A stretch of DNA of 64,000 nt from Azolla caroliniana (GCA_043228905.1 JBHGNT010000011.1:4774001-4838000), one strand, 5' to 3'. Counted from the first letter of the stretch, positions 1-13,400 are shown. Notes: generated by a model not told the origin, from the sequence alone. Translations and numbers: made by a program.

Positions 1-1920
1 AGGTCGACTCGGACCGGTTACTATTCTACTATATGTTGATGACTTGGTCATCACCGGCGCCGACCTAGGTGAAATCGACCGCATGAAGCTCTAGCTTGAG
101 GCATCGTTCGACATGAAGGATCTGGGGGACCTTCATTACTTCCTCGGGATCGAAGTGATCCGTACCCCCGAAGGCATATTGATCAGCCAACGCCATTACG
201 TGCTGAGTCTGCTCTTCAAATTCGGGATGGCCGACTGTAAGTCCGTCTCGACTCCTCTGGATAGAACCGTCAAGCTTCGTCCCGATACGGGAAAGGTATG
301 CGACCCGACGAGGTTCCGACAAATTGTCGGAAGCCTCATATACTTGACCATCACCCGACCCGACCTCAGTTATCCGGTCGGGGTGATCAGTCAGTTCATG
401 CCGCGACCTACCGAGGAGCACCTTCAGTGTGTGCAACGCGTACTGCGGTACGTAAGTGGCACTAAGGACCGAGGACTGCTATATCGGACCGGTGCAGCCG
501 CGCAGTTAGTTGGCTACACCGATGCTGATTGGGCTGGCAATGCCGCCGATTGTTGATCCACGTCTGGATACGCGTTCTCCCTCGGGAGTGCCGCGATCGC
601 GTGGAGCAGTAAGAAGCAACCGACAGTTGCACTGTCGAGCACCAAAGCTAAGTACCGAGGAGCGGCTGTCGCAACATGCGAAGCCATATAGTTGAATCGG
701 CTACTTAAGGACCTGCAAGTGGAGGTGTCAGATCCGACGACGATCTACTGCGACAACCTCAGCAGCATCCAGCTCGCGAAGAACCCCGTCTTCCACGCAC
801 GGACCAAGCACATTGAGGTGCATTACCATTTCGTCCGCGAGCGTGTCCTTTCCGGTGAAGTCGAACTTCAATATGTTCTGACGGCTCGGCAGACTGCCGA
901 CATCTTCACCAAGCCTCTTGGTCTGGACAAGTTGTGGCAATTCTCAGGTGCGCTCGGGTTGCGTCACCTCGATGTGCCGACCTTGAGGGGGAGAACAGTC
1001 CCGAACGACCAAGCAAGGCAGCAGGAAAGGAGCGGAGACCGCGACACCGAGTCTACCTCGGTAGACTCGGTTGTCAAGTTCGAGTTCGGATCGGCTGAAG
1101 AAGCCGAGGGCGGACCCACGGAAAAGTCCGAAAGCGGACAGAAGGGGAGCAACCGAAGGAGAGAGCCGAAGCCAACCACGCATGGGGGAGATGACGCCAT
1201 CGAGGGCAAGAAGACCGAAAACGAGTTGGAGACAGCCAACTCGGACGAGAGTGAAAACCGATCGGAGGAAGCCGAGTCGGTTCGGATGTTTGATTCAGAT
1301 ACGCTGAATCAACCAAGCCCCAAGCGGAAGAAAAGGCAGCAGGAGAAGCGTCAACACCGCAACAGCAGAAGAGCTTATAAGGGCCACATGAGCAGACAAG
1401 CCGACCAGAAGGGTCAAAGCGCGCGAAGTCGAACAGGTCGAGGAGCACGAGCGAGGCGTGAAGCCAGGAGCAACCGGAGTTGTGAGCCCGAGGATCCCGA
1501 AGAGCCTCGAGTTGAGCTTGAGGGGGAGTGTTGAGAGACAAGCTCAACATCGGCCGGATCGGCTGAAGAAGCCGAGGACCGGATCGGCGGGGACCAATCG
1601 GTTAGGCCGAGTGCGTAAACCGGGAGGTCGTTAGGAAAGATATTCCGTGAGGAATATATTTGGGAGTTAGTGTAGGAGCTCTTGATGAGCATTGAAGTAC
1701 TATCAGTACTTCGGTCAGTCCTTCTAGGACTTGTATAAAAGTGTTCAGTGAGCACGTCTTATGTACAAACTGAGTATTATTGTTGAATATAGTTCTTGTC
1801 TTCTCTCTCACTCTCTCTGTCTCTCCCGCGTATACTGCGTAAGCTGAAGCTCTCCATTGAACCTGAGTTTGCTTCCTTCTGTTCCGTCTTCATATCTGCT
1901 TCCGCACGCTACTTTCCACA
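1..1920 (+). mobile_element. Ty1/copia LTR retrotransposon 1, 3' portion (RT end, RNase H, charged tail, PPT, 3' LTR); inserted into copia 2
   Basis: YVDD at the window start; ORFs 113-556 (MKDLG..YTDADWAG) and 692-1534 (YCDN..NPVFHARTKHIEVHYH..ADIFTK) with in-frame stops; PPT GAGGGGGAG 1520-1528; LTR begins TGTTG at 1529 and ends CCACA at 1920, where copia 2 coding sequence starts. Confidence 0.9.
1529..1920 (+). repeat. 3' LTR of copia 1
   Basis: TG..CA ends, TATAAA-like box at ~1735, CT-rich tract; blocks shared with LTRs at 42553-42994 and 43022-43443. Confidence 0.8.
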
Positions 1921-4900
1921 GTCGGCTTCTACTTCGAATAGCGCATCTAGTCCGGAAGACGTATGGTTCGTCGATTGTGGTGCCTCAAACCATATGACAG
2001 AGCGACCCGGCTATGTCGAAATCAGAGACAACACTACGCATCCGATGCGACACATCGGTAATGTCCCAAAAAGAAGGTAACCAAAATTTTATTAAGAATG
2101 TCTTGCATGTACAAACCAGTATGAAGAATTTGGTCTCCGTCAGGCAAATTGTTGAGCAAGGGATGCAAGTACGATTTAATCAAGGCGGTTGCTTCATTGA
2201 AAAAGAGGCCCGACTCATCGCTCGTGGACGAAGAGAGGGCCGAATGTTCATTCTCGACTCCCACGAGATGAAATCGGCCATGTTCGCAAAGGGCACGAAA
2301 GCCAATTCCGACATAGAGTTATAGCACAAGCGGATTGGCCATATCAACCTCCAAAAGCTCAAGGCAATGCAATCGAAAGGAATCGTCATCGGGCTCCCAA
2401 CATTCAAGGAGAAAGAGATTGAAGGCGTGTGTGCCACTTGCCAATTCAGCAAGCAACATCAGCACCCATTTCCGAAGGAGCGGAATGTGAGCAAAGCCAT
2501 ACTCGACGTAATTCATTCCGATGTATGGGGTCTGGCTCAAACGGCTACATGTCGATACTACGTGGCCTTCATCGACGAATTCTCCAGGCACACCTGGATC
2601 TACCCCATGCGGCAAAAGAGCGAAGTATTCGGACACTTCCAAAAATTGAAGAATGAAGTCGAGAAAGCCACGGGCCGACATGTACGATGTCTTCAGTCGA
2701 ATGGAGGCAAGGAGTACTTCTCCGACGAATTTTCGGCGTTTCTACGGAAAGAAGGAATTCAGCGAGATTTTTCGTGTCGACATATGCCACAACAAAACGG
2801 AGTCACCGAACGAAAGAATTGGCACATCCCCGATGTAGCACAGACCATGATGAACAAAAAGCACTTGCCGAAGTCATACTGGGCAGAAGCGGCTAACACA
2901 ACCGGATACCTCATGAATCGGTGTACGACATCGGGTGTGCCTGAACTTACTCCGCACGAGAAGTTTTTCAGAAAGAAGTCAGACCTATCACATGTTCAGA
3001 TAAAAGCTGGACCCGAAGTCGGAGAAATGTATCCTCGTAGGATACTCACTGGAGCAAAAGGGGTGCAAGCGCTATAAACCCTCAACTCGAAAATCTCAAG
3101 TAAGTCTAGACGTCGTTTTCGGCGAGTCCACATCCTAGTACACACCAGAGACAACTTCAACTCTGATTCCGGTCGACCCGGAATCCGCCGAAATAGAGAT
3201 AGAAGCCAAAGATCGGCTCACGCGCATGTTCGAAGAAAGCCCGATTGCGACAAGGCTTAGTGGGCCACAAGAGCCTCCGAGCAATCAAAGCACATCTCGG
3301 CCGAGTCCAAAGCTGGACAAAGGGAAGGCGAAAATGCCGGAGTATGAAGACGATCACTTCGACAGCAATGAATCGACTCACTCCCTCGATAGTGAGTTCG
3401 AAGGCCTTGACATCCGGACAAATGGAGCGAAGAAAGCCTTAGTATCCGCAAACGAGAAGCTCTGCCAATCCACCCGTGAAAAGAACCCCGTAAGCCGATT
3501 CAGCTACAACGATTATATGGCGTACCATTACGCCTTTATGATGAAGGTAGTGACAGTACGGGAGCTGGAATTGTTTTCCGAAGCTGCGAAGGACCCCAGA
3601 TGTGTTGAAGCGATGAATGAGGAGATGCAAGCACTCTCCAAAAACAAGACATGGGATCTTGTCCCCCACTCACCACACAAGAAGGCGGTCGGCTGCAAAT
3701 GGATCTACAAGGTGAAGTATAATGCCGACGGCTCCGTAAACCACTACAAAGCTCGACTCGTAGCAAAAGGATACGCACATACACATGGACTCAACTACGA
3801 AGAGACATTTGCCCCGGTGGCAAAGATGACGACTGTGCAGAATGTGATCGGACTCGCAACGGCGAAAGGGTGGCACCTCCACCAAATGGATGTCAAGAAT
3901 GCCTTTCTTCAAAGCGAATTAGAAGAGGAGGTGTACATGGTACAACCATCCGGCTTCGAATCCAACATTCATACGAAAGCCGTATGCCAACCCAAGAAGC
4001 CTCTCTACAGCCTCAAGCAAGCACCGCGTGCTTGGCATTCAAAGATTACGCAATATCTTCATCAAATCGGCTTTCGAATGTCGAATGACTCTATACGTGG
4101 GCATCGGCCACACCAATTCGACTCGAAGGGTACACGGATGCCGAGTGGGCCGGCTACAAAGCCAATCGACGATCAACCTCTGGTTTTGTCTTCTCCCTTG
4201 GCAGCGAAACAATTTCGTGGAGTAGCAAGAAGCAACGAACCATAGCTCTTTCGAGTACGGAGACGAATACAGGGGCGCAGCCGTAGCTGCTTGTGAAGTT
4301 GTATGTCTCAAGAGGGTTTATAAGGATATGGGCATTCCCATCAAGGATCCAACTCCCATTTACTACAACAACATGAGCAGTATATATCTGGCTCAGAACC
4401 CAGTGTTCCATGCATGCACAAAGCATATCAAAGTGCACTACCACTTCATTCGAGAGTGTCTTCAAGCCGGAGACGTCGATCTTCTACACATCAACATGAA
4501 TCTTCAAATAGCTGACATCTTCACCAAGGCCATAGTAGCCAACAAGATTCAACAATTCATGTTAGACCTTGGATTGACGATCCCTGACTTTCCAAGCTTG
4601 AGGGGGAGTACAAGCGAGAACCGGATACAGTCTGAACCGGGTACAAGCCGAAGCGGACATCGGAGATCGTCTGAACCGGATACCAACCGAAGCAGACATC
4701 AATCAAAAGGAACCGACCCGAGTTAAGCTTGAGGGGGCTTGTTGAGAATCAAGCTTAACATAGTTCAACGTATGAACACACCTTTTGAGAATCTATGATT
4801 ACTCAAAGGTCAAGAGTCACACCACTACTCTCTACACATTAACAATGTGTCATAGAATCATATTCTATGACACATAACTAATAAGTTACATATTCCCCAT

Positions 4901-5202
4901 GACTATGAGTCTTCACATTCCCCAAGAGAGAGTGGTTTTTGTAGTTAGTTAATGAAGAGAGAGGGTGACTATATATAAAGTACCCTCCTCATACTTCATA
5001 CCAAGTCGGTTGTGACTCCTTGTAATGCTACATTTTATATTTCTCATTCTACTTGTGAAATATATACCCTCTTCTTGAGTATTCTATTTTCCTCTCATTT
5101 ATCTATCTTGTGTTCTCTTCTCTCTTCTCTCTTTTTCTCTCACACATACACACATAACGCACATCTATTTCGCTGCATAAGAATCACCATCAATTCTTTA
5201 CA
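1921..5202 (+). mobile_element. Degenerate Ty1/copia element 2 (protease, integrase, RT, RNase H, 3' LTR); same family as copia 3
   Basis: WFVDCGASNHMT protease; CATCQ and HSDVWG integrase; KARLVAKG and QMDVKNAF RT; internal RT deletion near 4095; RNase H at 4328-4600; frameshifts and stops; PPT ~4731-4737. Confidence 0.9.
4740..5202 (+). repeat. 3' LTR of copia 2
   Basis: Starts TGTTGAGAATCAAGC and ends ATTCTTTACA, matching both ends of the reverse-complemented copia 3 LTR (9867-10254). Confidence 0.85.
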
Positions 5203-5950
5203 CTAGCAAAGAAATTGGATAACGCCAGACAAATAGTCATAATATTATGTCGTGATGTAAACATGTCATGGGGAAACATTAATTGATATCATGATCTCAC
5301 GTCAATACCCCTCTAGTCGTATGAGATGAGGTTCAAGATCAGGTTACTATGGTAAGACAAAGGTGTTTTAAAAACCATGGGGGTGACAAACGAATGTCTT
5401 TCCTTGATCTCTATATTGATTTTTTCATGGGAGCTCCCTGAGGCTCAACCATGTATATTTGTGTCATGAATAGTTTAAACACGAAAAAATGTTAACAATA
5501 TACTATGTCTCTGTGCCCACCCATGTGGTTTCGGCTCCCCGAAATGCATTTAGACGTAAAGTCTAAACATGTCTTATAGTTATATGCATAGAATGAACCA
5601 TACGTATCATACGTGTATTCGCATTCGAGAATGATTCAATCAAACGTGTATGGTAAATCATCTCAAAGTTGGATTGGATTGACTAGGGTCTATATTATAT
5701 ATTGGTTCACTCTCAATCCCAATAAGTGGACTTTAATCCATTGTGAACCACCAACATAAGTATGGTTGCAATATTTGCATTGTATCACATGCATACTTTT
5801 GGGATGCAAATCAAGACATCTCTATCATCCTCAGTTTAGAACTTTACAAAAAAATGAGTATGAACTATAGAGATTGAATCAAAATATGTCATTATAAATT
5901 ATAATCAAACGTTCAAAAACTCATAAAACGTATATTCGAGAATATGAAGA

Positions 5951-6310
5951 AAACATGACATAGGCAATAGTAGCATAACAACTTACCACTAGGGTGACCT
6001 AATTTCTAATAACAAAGAAAGAAAGAAAGAAAGAAAAAGGAACATGACACTAACATAAAATTTTGCCATGATATAGGCAGTAGTAGCATAACAACTTACC
6101 ACTCGGGTGAGCTAATTTCTAATAACAAAGAAAGAACGAAAAAGAAGAAAAAGGAACATGACACATAAATTTTGCCATGACACTAACAAGAGGATATGAG
6201 AAAGTTGGGAATTGAACCCAAGACACAAGTAATAGTAGCACAACAACTTACCAGTAGGTTGTGTCAAACCCAAGACAAAGACAACAATAGCATGACTCCT
6301 TACCACTAAG
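5951..6310. repeat. Degenerate tandem duplication (about 3 copies, first two ~113 bp apart)
   Basis: Recurring blocks AACATGACA, TAGTAGCATAACAACTTACCA and CTAATTTCTAATAACAAAGAAAG. Confidence 0.6.
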
Positions 6311-8889
6311 GTGAGGTGAACTGTAACGAGAGTAAATGAAATAAAAGAAAAAAAAAAGGAGCATGTATTTTTCCCATTTCAAACGTGTTCGTTTCCAAAC
6401 GCTTGAATGCTTGCACGAACACGAATATTACGTTCTATGGTTATATGTATCAACAATGTTGTATGGTCTTGGTCATATTTGAACTCGAGACCTCGAGAAC
6501 AAATACATTAAACACTTGAGCTAACCAAATGGTTTGCTTCTTTTAAATGTTCCACGTTTATGCGTATGAGAGATATACGAAGGCATTTGCCCATATATGT
6601 TTTGTTAAATGAAAACATATATGTCGAGAGTCCTTATTTCCCCCTCGTTAACCACAAAATTATGTTGGTACGTTACCCAACCTCAAGGCTCATCATTACG
6701 ACGACATACCCCAAAGTGCAAGCTAATGGTCAAACAACGCGAGCCCTCTTTTCGTAGTAGGCCCACGTGGCCCATCACATGGTTACATCATTACGAATGC
6801 CTTTTGTAATGATGATCTCATGGTGGCATCGTAAGCATGTAACGAGGGAGGGATGTTGGATGTGTGTGTCATAGGGGCGACCTCACTTAAAGTGGGTCAA
6901 GCCCTACGCTCTCAACATCATTATAGCTATGATCGTTTCGTTATAACGTGTAGTAAGATCAAAGTGACCAACAGGGATTACGACAAAAAAAAAAAATGAT
7001 GGTGACTACACCATTCTCACAAAAATGTGAGGACGGCCACCAAGATCCTTTCCCCGAAAAGGACAACGTTCGACATACACAATCATGTAATAAAAACTAA
7101 TATATATTTATGTTTATCACATGTATTTGATTAAATACGTATACACGTGATTACATATGCATATATTTAAAAAAATCGTAACATCACATAGCCAACGAAT
7201 GATGTAAATCGAGATACATAATCGAGGCATATAGCCTCCACGCACACGAAACATCCAAAAATAAGGGTGAACGTAATATGCAATTGAGGTATTGACCTCT
7301 TATGCATACGACACCAATTGCATATCCGTTACATAGAAATCGAGGTATTGACCTCATACACATACGTAACATATGTATGTGAATGTAATACGCAATAGAT
7401 ATATTAACCTCGTACGCATACGACACGAGTCACATATCAAATATATGTCAAATGAGGTGTTGACCTCATACACATATGTAAATGTTTTATACAACCAATT
7501 AATTACCACTACAACATCATTGAATCAATGAAAGAAAACACACATTAACTATACATGATTAGATTGAGAGAAGAAAGAATAGAAATATAAATAAGAAAGA
7601 GTTACCGAAGTTCATTTTGTTGATAGCTATCTGGATCAATCTCGATTGTACATCGATCGATTGCCATCCAACAAGAAAAAAAACAATCAATAAAAGAAAC
7701 ATTAGAAACATGGCTCACATACCAATTGTTAGAACTTAGCTACTAATGTAAGCATATGATAAGGATAAAAGATAGATAAATAAGAAAGGAGAGAGAGAAA
7801 GAAGGGTGTCGATCCACCCGACCACCCCCAAGCAAAGGGATCGAGACTGACTCGAGCCTCGATTGGCGTCCCATACCACCGCTGTCGTGCCTTTCGGCTC
7901 CGGATCGTTGCGTGAGTTGGGTGGGAACCATGGAGGTTTTGGACTAGGAGAAAGAAAAATACAAATAAGGCTAGTAAAGAATAGGTATAAAGAGTTATAA
8001 GATAAGAATCTCGTGAATCCCACGAGTTTAGTATATTTAGTCAATATTTAGGTAGTAAGAGAGAATTATTTTAGCAAATTCGTGAATCCCACGAATATTT
8101 TAGATTGATTGATCATTATAGAAAAATAATCAACAAAACTACAATGTGCTCCCCATCCTTATATAGTGATGGGAGAGACTAAGCATAGCTACATGCTTTT
8201 TTCTAATATGTTCATGCACACTAAATGTGCATGTGATGCTTTTCTAATCCTTGCTTTTATTTGCTAAATATAGTGCTCATGCACGCTAGATGTGCATGAG
8301 TCACTTTTTAGTTGCTTGCGTTTTTCTATAAAATATTCACGCACTCTAAAAATGCATGATTTACCTTTTAATAAAGGTAGGCGCAAATAAAGCACTTATA
8401 GTTATTAAATCTATTTGTAGAACACTAAAGATAAGGTAGCATAATGGTAAAGTTGAGGTTTGGCTACGTTGAGGTATAGGGTTTGAATCTTGCCCTATGC
8501 ATGTGATAAATATTTTGATATTCTTATTTTATTTATTTATACGTAATTAAATCGGTTATATTATTTTTACTTTTTCACGTAGTGTACGAAATACACTACG
8601 ACACCGCCATGGCGTCGAGTCGTACCTAATGCTGGCGCGCTCGCTACAAGAGTTGACCCACCACAATCTCAGAGTCTCAATGTAGTCGATAATGTGTCAA
8701 ATGAGGGTAGCTAGGCCTCATTTTATAGCCAGACCTAAGGCCCCAAGCAAGTTCACACTTGGCCTAATGGGTTGTCTCAATCCCGAGGATTAAAAGTAAT
8801 CCTCCCCTTCTTTACACTCTCGTTTAACCCTCACACTTTATCCACGTGTATAGAATATAATGGTAAATTCTCACCATAGGATATTATAT

Positions 8890-9298
8890 GGTCATGCCTG
8901 TAACAACTCCTGTGCCGGATGTTGAAGCCATGTTTATTGAAAGTGAGATTTTCTTACCTGGTCCTTTCCTTAAGTTGTTTCTTCTCTGCTCAAGTTTGTG
9001 CTTCTATTGCTACCGAACTGCAAGTCACTCTGATACCACTTGTTGGAGATAATAGGTAGAGATGTTGGTGATGATGCGGAAGCATGATTCAGGACCTGAT
9101 AATCAATCTAGCAAACAACACAAGTGGAGAGGTATGCACAATAACACACACACACACACAGACATGCTCAAAGAAGATTATATTACATTAACCGTCGAAC
9201 TTTTCTTTACAAGGTAAGTAACCCACTTATATAGTTAGGTTAACTATATGTTCACACTAGAGATACAAGGAGGGCGGAGTGGGACTTTTATCCCAACA
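8890..9298 (-). mobile_element. Truncated LTR retrotransposon: short 5' LTR (9041-9298), tRNA-iMet PBS and leader/gag start
   Basis: TGTTGG..CCAACA terminal inverted ends; on the minus strand a 2-nt spacer then TGGTATCAGAG ending at 9038; TATA-like box; only MASTSGTGVVTG follows. Confidence 0.7.
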
Positions 9299-9866
9299 CA
9301 CTTAAAGCCCTCTACAACCTCGAGGCCATGACCACGTTCTCTACTTGTTGTGCCCCTTCTGCAATCTCTAGGCCATGACCACTATTTCTACAACAACGTC
9401 TAAGCGTGCTCCTCTACAACAACCGGTAACACGACAACGTCCACGTGTGCTCTTCTACAACAACCTCCATTGTAGGCTTTGTTGCATGTTTTGCACTAAA
9501 CTATTGTCGAATAACTTGCCACTCTGCAACATGTTTTTTGCAAAGCTTCAACTTCAGAAGAAGAGGTATGTTCTTTTGTTTGTTTGTTGTTGTTCTCCAT
9601 AAACTTCATACTATGTCTATGATCTATTTGTTGATGTTCTGTCCAATAACCTCAACTTTGGCAGAAGTGGTGATTTGTGCCTGATTTAGTACTGGTTTGA
9701 TGATGTGTATATGCTCTATTTTTTTTCTTGAGCTTGTCTATTATGTTAGGTTCTTGTAGACACATTGTGGAAATCTTGTGCTTGAATTAGTATTAGTATG
9801 CTATTATGTTTAATCTTAGTTATTTTCTTGAAGATACACTTATGGATGATTCTTGTACATGTCTAT

Positions 9867-10254
9867 TGTAAAGAATCGGATATGATTCTTGTGAAGCGGA
9901 AGATATGTGAGTTATGTGTGTGTATGAGAGAGAGAGAGAGAGAGAGAGAGAAGGAATAATACACAGAGAATACGCAAGGTAGATTGTATTAACAAAGGAG
10001 AAAGACTCAACATTATACAAAGAGGGAGGAGGGTGCTTTATATAGTCACCCTCTTTCTTCATTAACTACAGAACTCATGGAGCATGGGGAATGTGAAAGC
10101 TCATAAGTTATGTGTCATAGAATATGATTCTATGACCCATACTAAATGCTAGAATACAAAGTGGGGACTTAATGGTGACTCTTGACCGTTGGAGTGTCTA
10201 TTCACTCTCAAGGTGAGTTCACACACTAGACCAAGTTGAGCTTGATTCTCAACA
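9867..10254 (-). repeat. 3' LTR of copia 3 (388 bp)
   Basis: TG..CA ends; near-identical to 14967-15028 plus 20345-20668. Confidence 0.95.
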
Positions 10255-10484
10255 CGCCCCCTCAAGCTCAAGTCAGGTTGGTTTCAAACGGTATCCAAAA
10301 TCCGCTTCGACTTGCGTTCCGGAGTCCGTGTCGACTCGCTTTTATGCGGAGTTGCGGAATCCGTGCTCTAGCTTGCGTCTTTCTTCGCGGCTTTGCATGG
10401 TAGATTGGCTCTTTGCGGCTTCGTTGCATGGTTGTGTAATCCATGCGTTCTTGCGTAGTGTGCGCAGTTTGCGGAATCCACGTG

Positions 10485-13400
10485 TTATTGCGTAATGTCT
10501 TCAGTACTCCCCCTCAAGCTTGGCAGGTCAAGGATCGTCAATCCGAGCTCGGTCATGAATTGCCATAGCTTGTCGGCTCCTAAGGCTTTAGTGAAGATGT
10601 CGGTTGTTTGAAGATTGCTGCTAATGTGTTGTAGGTCGACATCGCCCGCTAGAACGCGCTCTCGGATGAAGTGATAGTGCACTTCGATGTGCTTTGTCCG
10701 CGCGTGGAACACCGGGTTCCGAGCCAGATAGATACTGCTCATGTTGTCGCAGTAAAGGGAAGTCAGATCCTTGATAGGTACACCCAGATCCTTGAGTATC
10801 CTCTTGAGCCATACGGCTTCACATGCGGCCACTGCCGCGCCCCTGTATTCCACCTCTGTGCTTGAAAGAGCGACGGTTGGTTGCTTTTTGCTGCTCCAGG
10901 ATATTGTTGCTCCGCTGCCGAGGGAGAAAACAAATCCGGAGGTTGATCTTCTATCGGCTTTGTAGCCAGCCCAATCGGCGTTGGTGAACCCCTCGAGTCG
11001 TATTGGCATCGCGGTCTTGTAGAGGATGCCGCAATCCATTGTGCCGCTCACGTATCGTAGAACTCACTTAGCGCAATCCAAGTGAGCATCACGCGGTGTT
11101 TGCATGAATTGGCTAAGGAGACCGACCGGATAATTGAGATCAGGTTGAGTGATCGTGAGGTAGATGAGACTCCCGATAAGTTGCTGATACTGAGTCGGCT
11201 CACATGCTTTGGTGCCAGAGTTCACATCTTAGTTTGAGATTGCAATCAAGTGGGGTTGCCGCGGATTTGCACTCAGTCATACCAAACTTGTATAACAAGT
11301 TGAGGATGTAGTGTCGTTGAGAGATCATGAATCCGGCCGTAGTTCGAATCACCTCGATGCCGAGGAAGTAGTGGAGCTCCTTCATGTCCGTCATCTTCAA
11401 CTTGTTGGAAAGGAGGGATTTGACCTTATTGATTTCGACGAGATGCTCACCTCCAATGACTAGGTCATCCACATATAAGATGATGACGATCGGACTTCCG
11501 AAATTGCTTCGTATGTAGAGGGAGTTGTCCGATTTTGACATACGGAATCCAATTTGATGAAGATATTGCGTTATCTTCGAATGCCAAGCACGCGGTGCTT
11601 GCTTGATGCCGTAGAGTGGCTTCTTGAGTCGGCATACAGCTTTCGGATGGGTGCTCGAGTTGAAGCCAAGTGGTTGTATCATGTACACCTCCTCTTCTAA
11701 TTCGCCTTGTAGAAAGGCGTTCTTGACGTCCATTTGATGGAGGTGCCACCCTTTCGCCGCGGCAAGTGCAATTACGGTCCATACCGTCGTCATTTTTGCC
11801 ACCGGGGCAAAGGTCTCTTCGTAGTCAACTCCGTGCGTTTGGGCATAGCCTTTCGCTACGAGTCGCGGTTTGTAGCGGTTGACGGAACATCGGCATTGTA
11901 CTTCACTTTGTAAATCCATCTGCATCCAATCGCCTTTTTGTGCGGTGAGGTGGGAACGAGATCCCACGTATTGTTCTTGCGTAGTGCCTGCATCTCCTTG
12001 TTCATGGCTTCAATCCATCGCGGATCCTTGGCAGCTTTAGAAAACGTTTCCGGCTCACGTACTATCGCCACCTTCATCATAAAGGCATAGTGATATGCCA
12101 TGTAGTCGTTGTAGCCAAATTGGCTCACCGGATTCTTTTCACGGGTGGAGCGATGGAGCTTTTCATTTGCAGAGATGACGGCTTTCTTAGCTCCGATTGG
12201 TACATCGAAGCCGCCGAGCTCACTGTCGAGTGATTGAGTCGACTCATCGTCGTCGAAGCGATCTTCTTCGTATTCCGACATTTTCTCCTTGCCTTTGTCC
12301 ATCTTCGGGCTAGGCTGTGATGTGCTTTGATCGCTCAAAGGCTCTTGTGGTCCGCTCAGTCGGGTTGTGATCGGACTTTCTTCGAACCTGCGTGTAAGGC
12401 TATCTTCATCCTCTATCTCTTGTTCGGCGGACTCCGGGTCGAGCGGAGTTGGAGTCGAGGTTGTCTCTGGTGTGTACCAAGATGCGGACTCGTCAAAAAC
12501 GACGTCTTGACTTACTCGAGATTTTCGAGTTGAGGGATTGTAGCACTTATACCCCTTTTGCTCCAATGAGTATCCTACGAGGATACATTTCTCCGACTTC
12601 GGGTCAAGCTTTTGACGCTTCTCGTCAGGGATGTGCACGTACGCTATCGCACTGAATATCCAGGTGTGCGATAAGTCTGGTTTCTTTCCGAAGTATTTTT
12701 CATGCGGAGTGACCTCGTGCACGCCGGATGTTGCGCATCGGTTCATTAGGTAGACAAGCGTACTTGCAGCTTCGGCCCAATATGACTTGGGCATATGCTT
12801 CTCGTTCATCATGGCCCGTGCTACTTCGAGGATGTGCCGATTTTTGCGCTCGACTACTCTGTTTTATTGCGGAGTGTGTCAGCAAGTGAATTCTCGCCAA
12901 ATTCCTTCCTTTTGGAGATACGTCGTGAAACTGTCCGAGAAGTACTCCTTGCCGCCATCCGATCGAAGACAACGTACATGTTGGCCCGTGGCTTTCTCGA
13001 CTTCATTCTTGAATGTTTGGAAGTGTCCGAACACTTCGCTCTTTTGCCGCATCGGGTAGATCCAAGTGTGCCTGGAGAAGTCTTTGATGAAGAGCACGTA
13101 ATATCGGCATCCACCAAATGTAGCCGTCTGCGCCGGTCCCCATACGTCGGAATGGACTACGTCGAGTAGACCTTTGCTCACGTTCCGCTCTTTCGGGAAT
13201 GGGTGTCGGTGTTGCTTGCCGAATTGGCACGCTTCGCATACACCTTCAATCTCCTTCTCTTTGAATGTCGGGAGTCCGATGACGAGTCCTTTCGATTTCA
13301 TTGCTTTGAGTTTGTTGACATTGATGTGGTCGATTCGTTTGTGCCATAACTCTATGTCGGAGTCGGCTTTCGTGCTTTTTGCGAACATGGCGGATTTTAT

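Noticed and set aside
5201-8600. CACTA transposon (CACTAG at 5201; TAGTG and CACTAC near 8580-8600)
   Set aside because: The CA at 5201-5202 is the copia 2 LTR end; no convincing extended TIR pair or 3-bp TSD; the 8580 motifs are the arms of a local hairpin.
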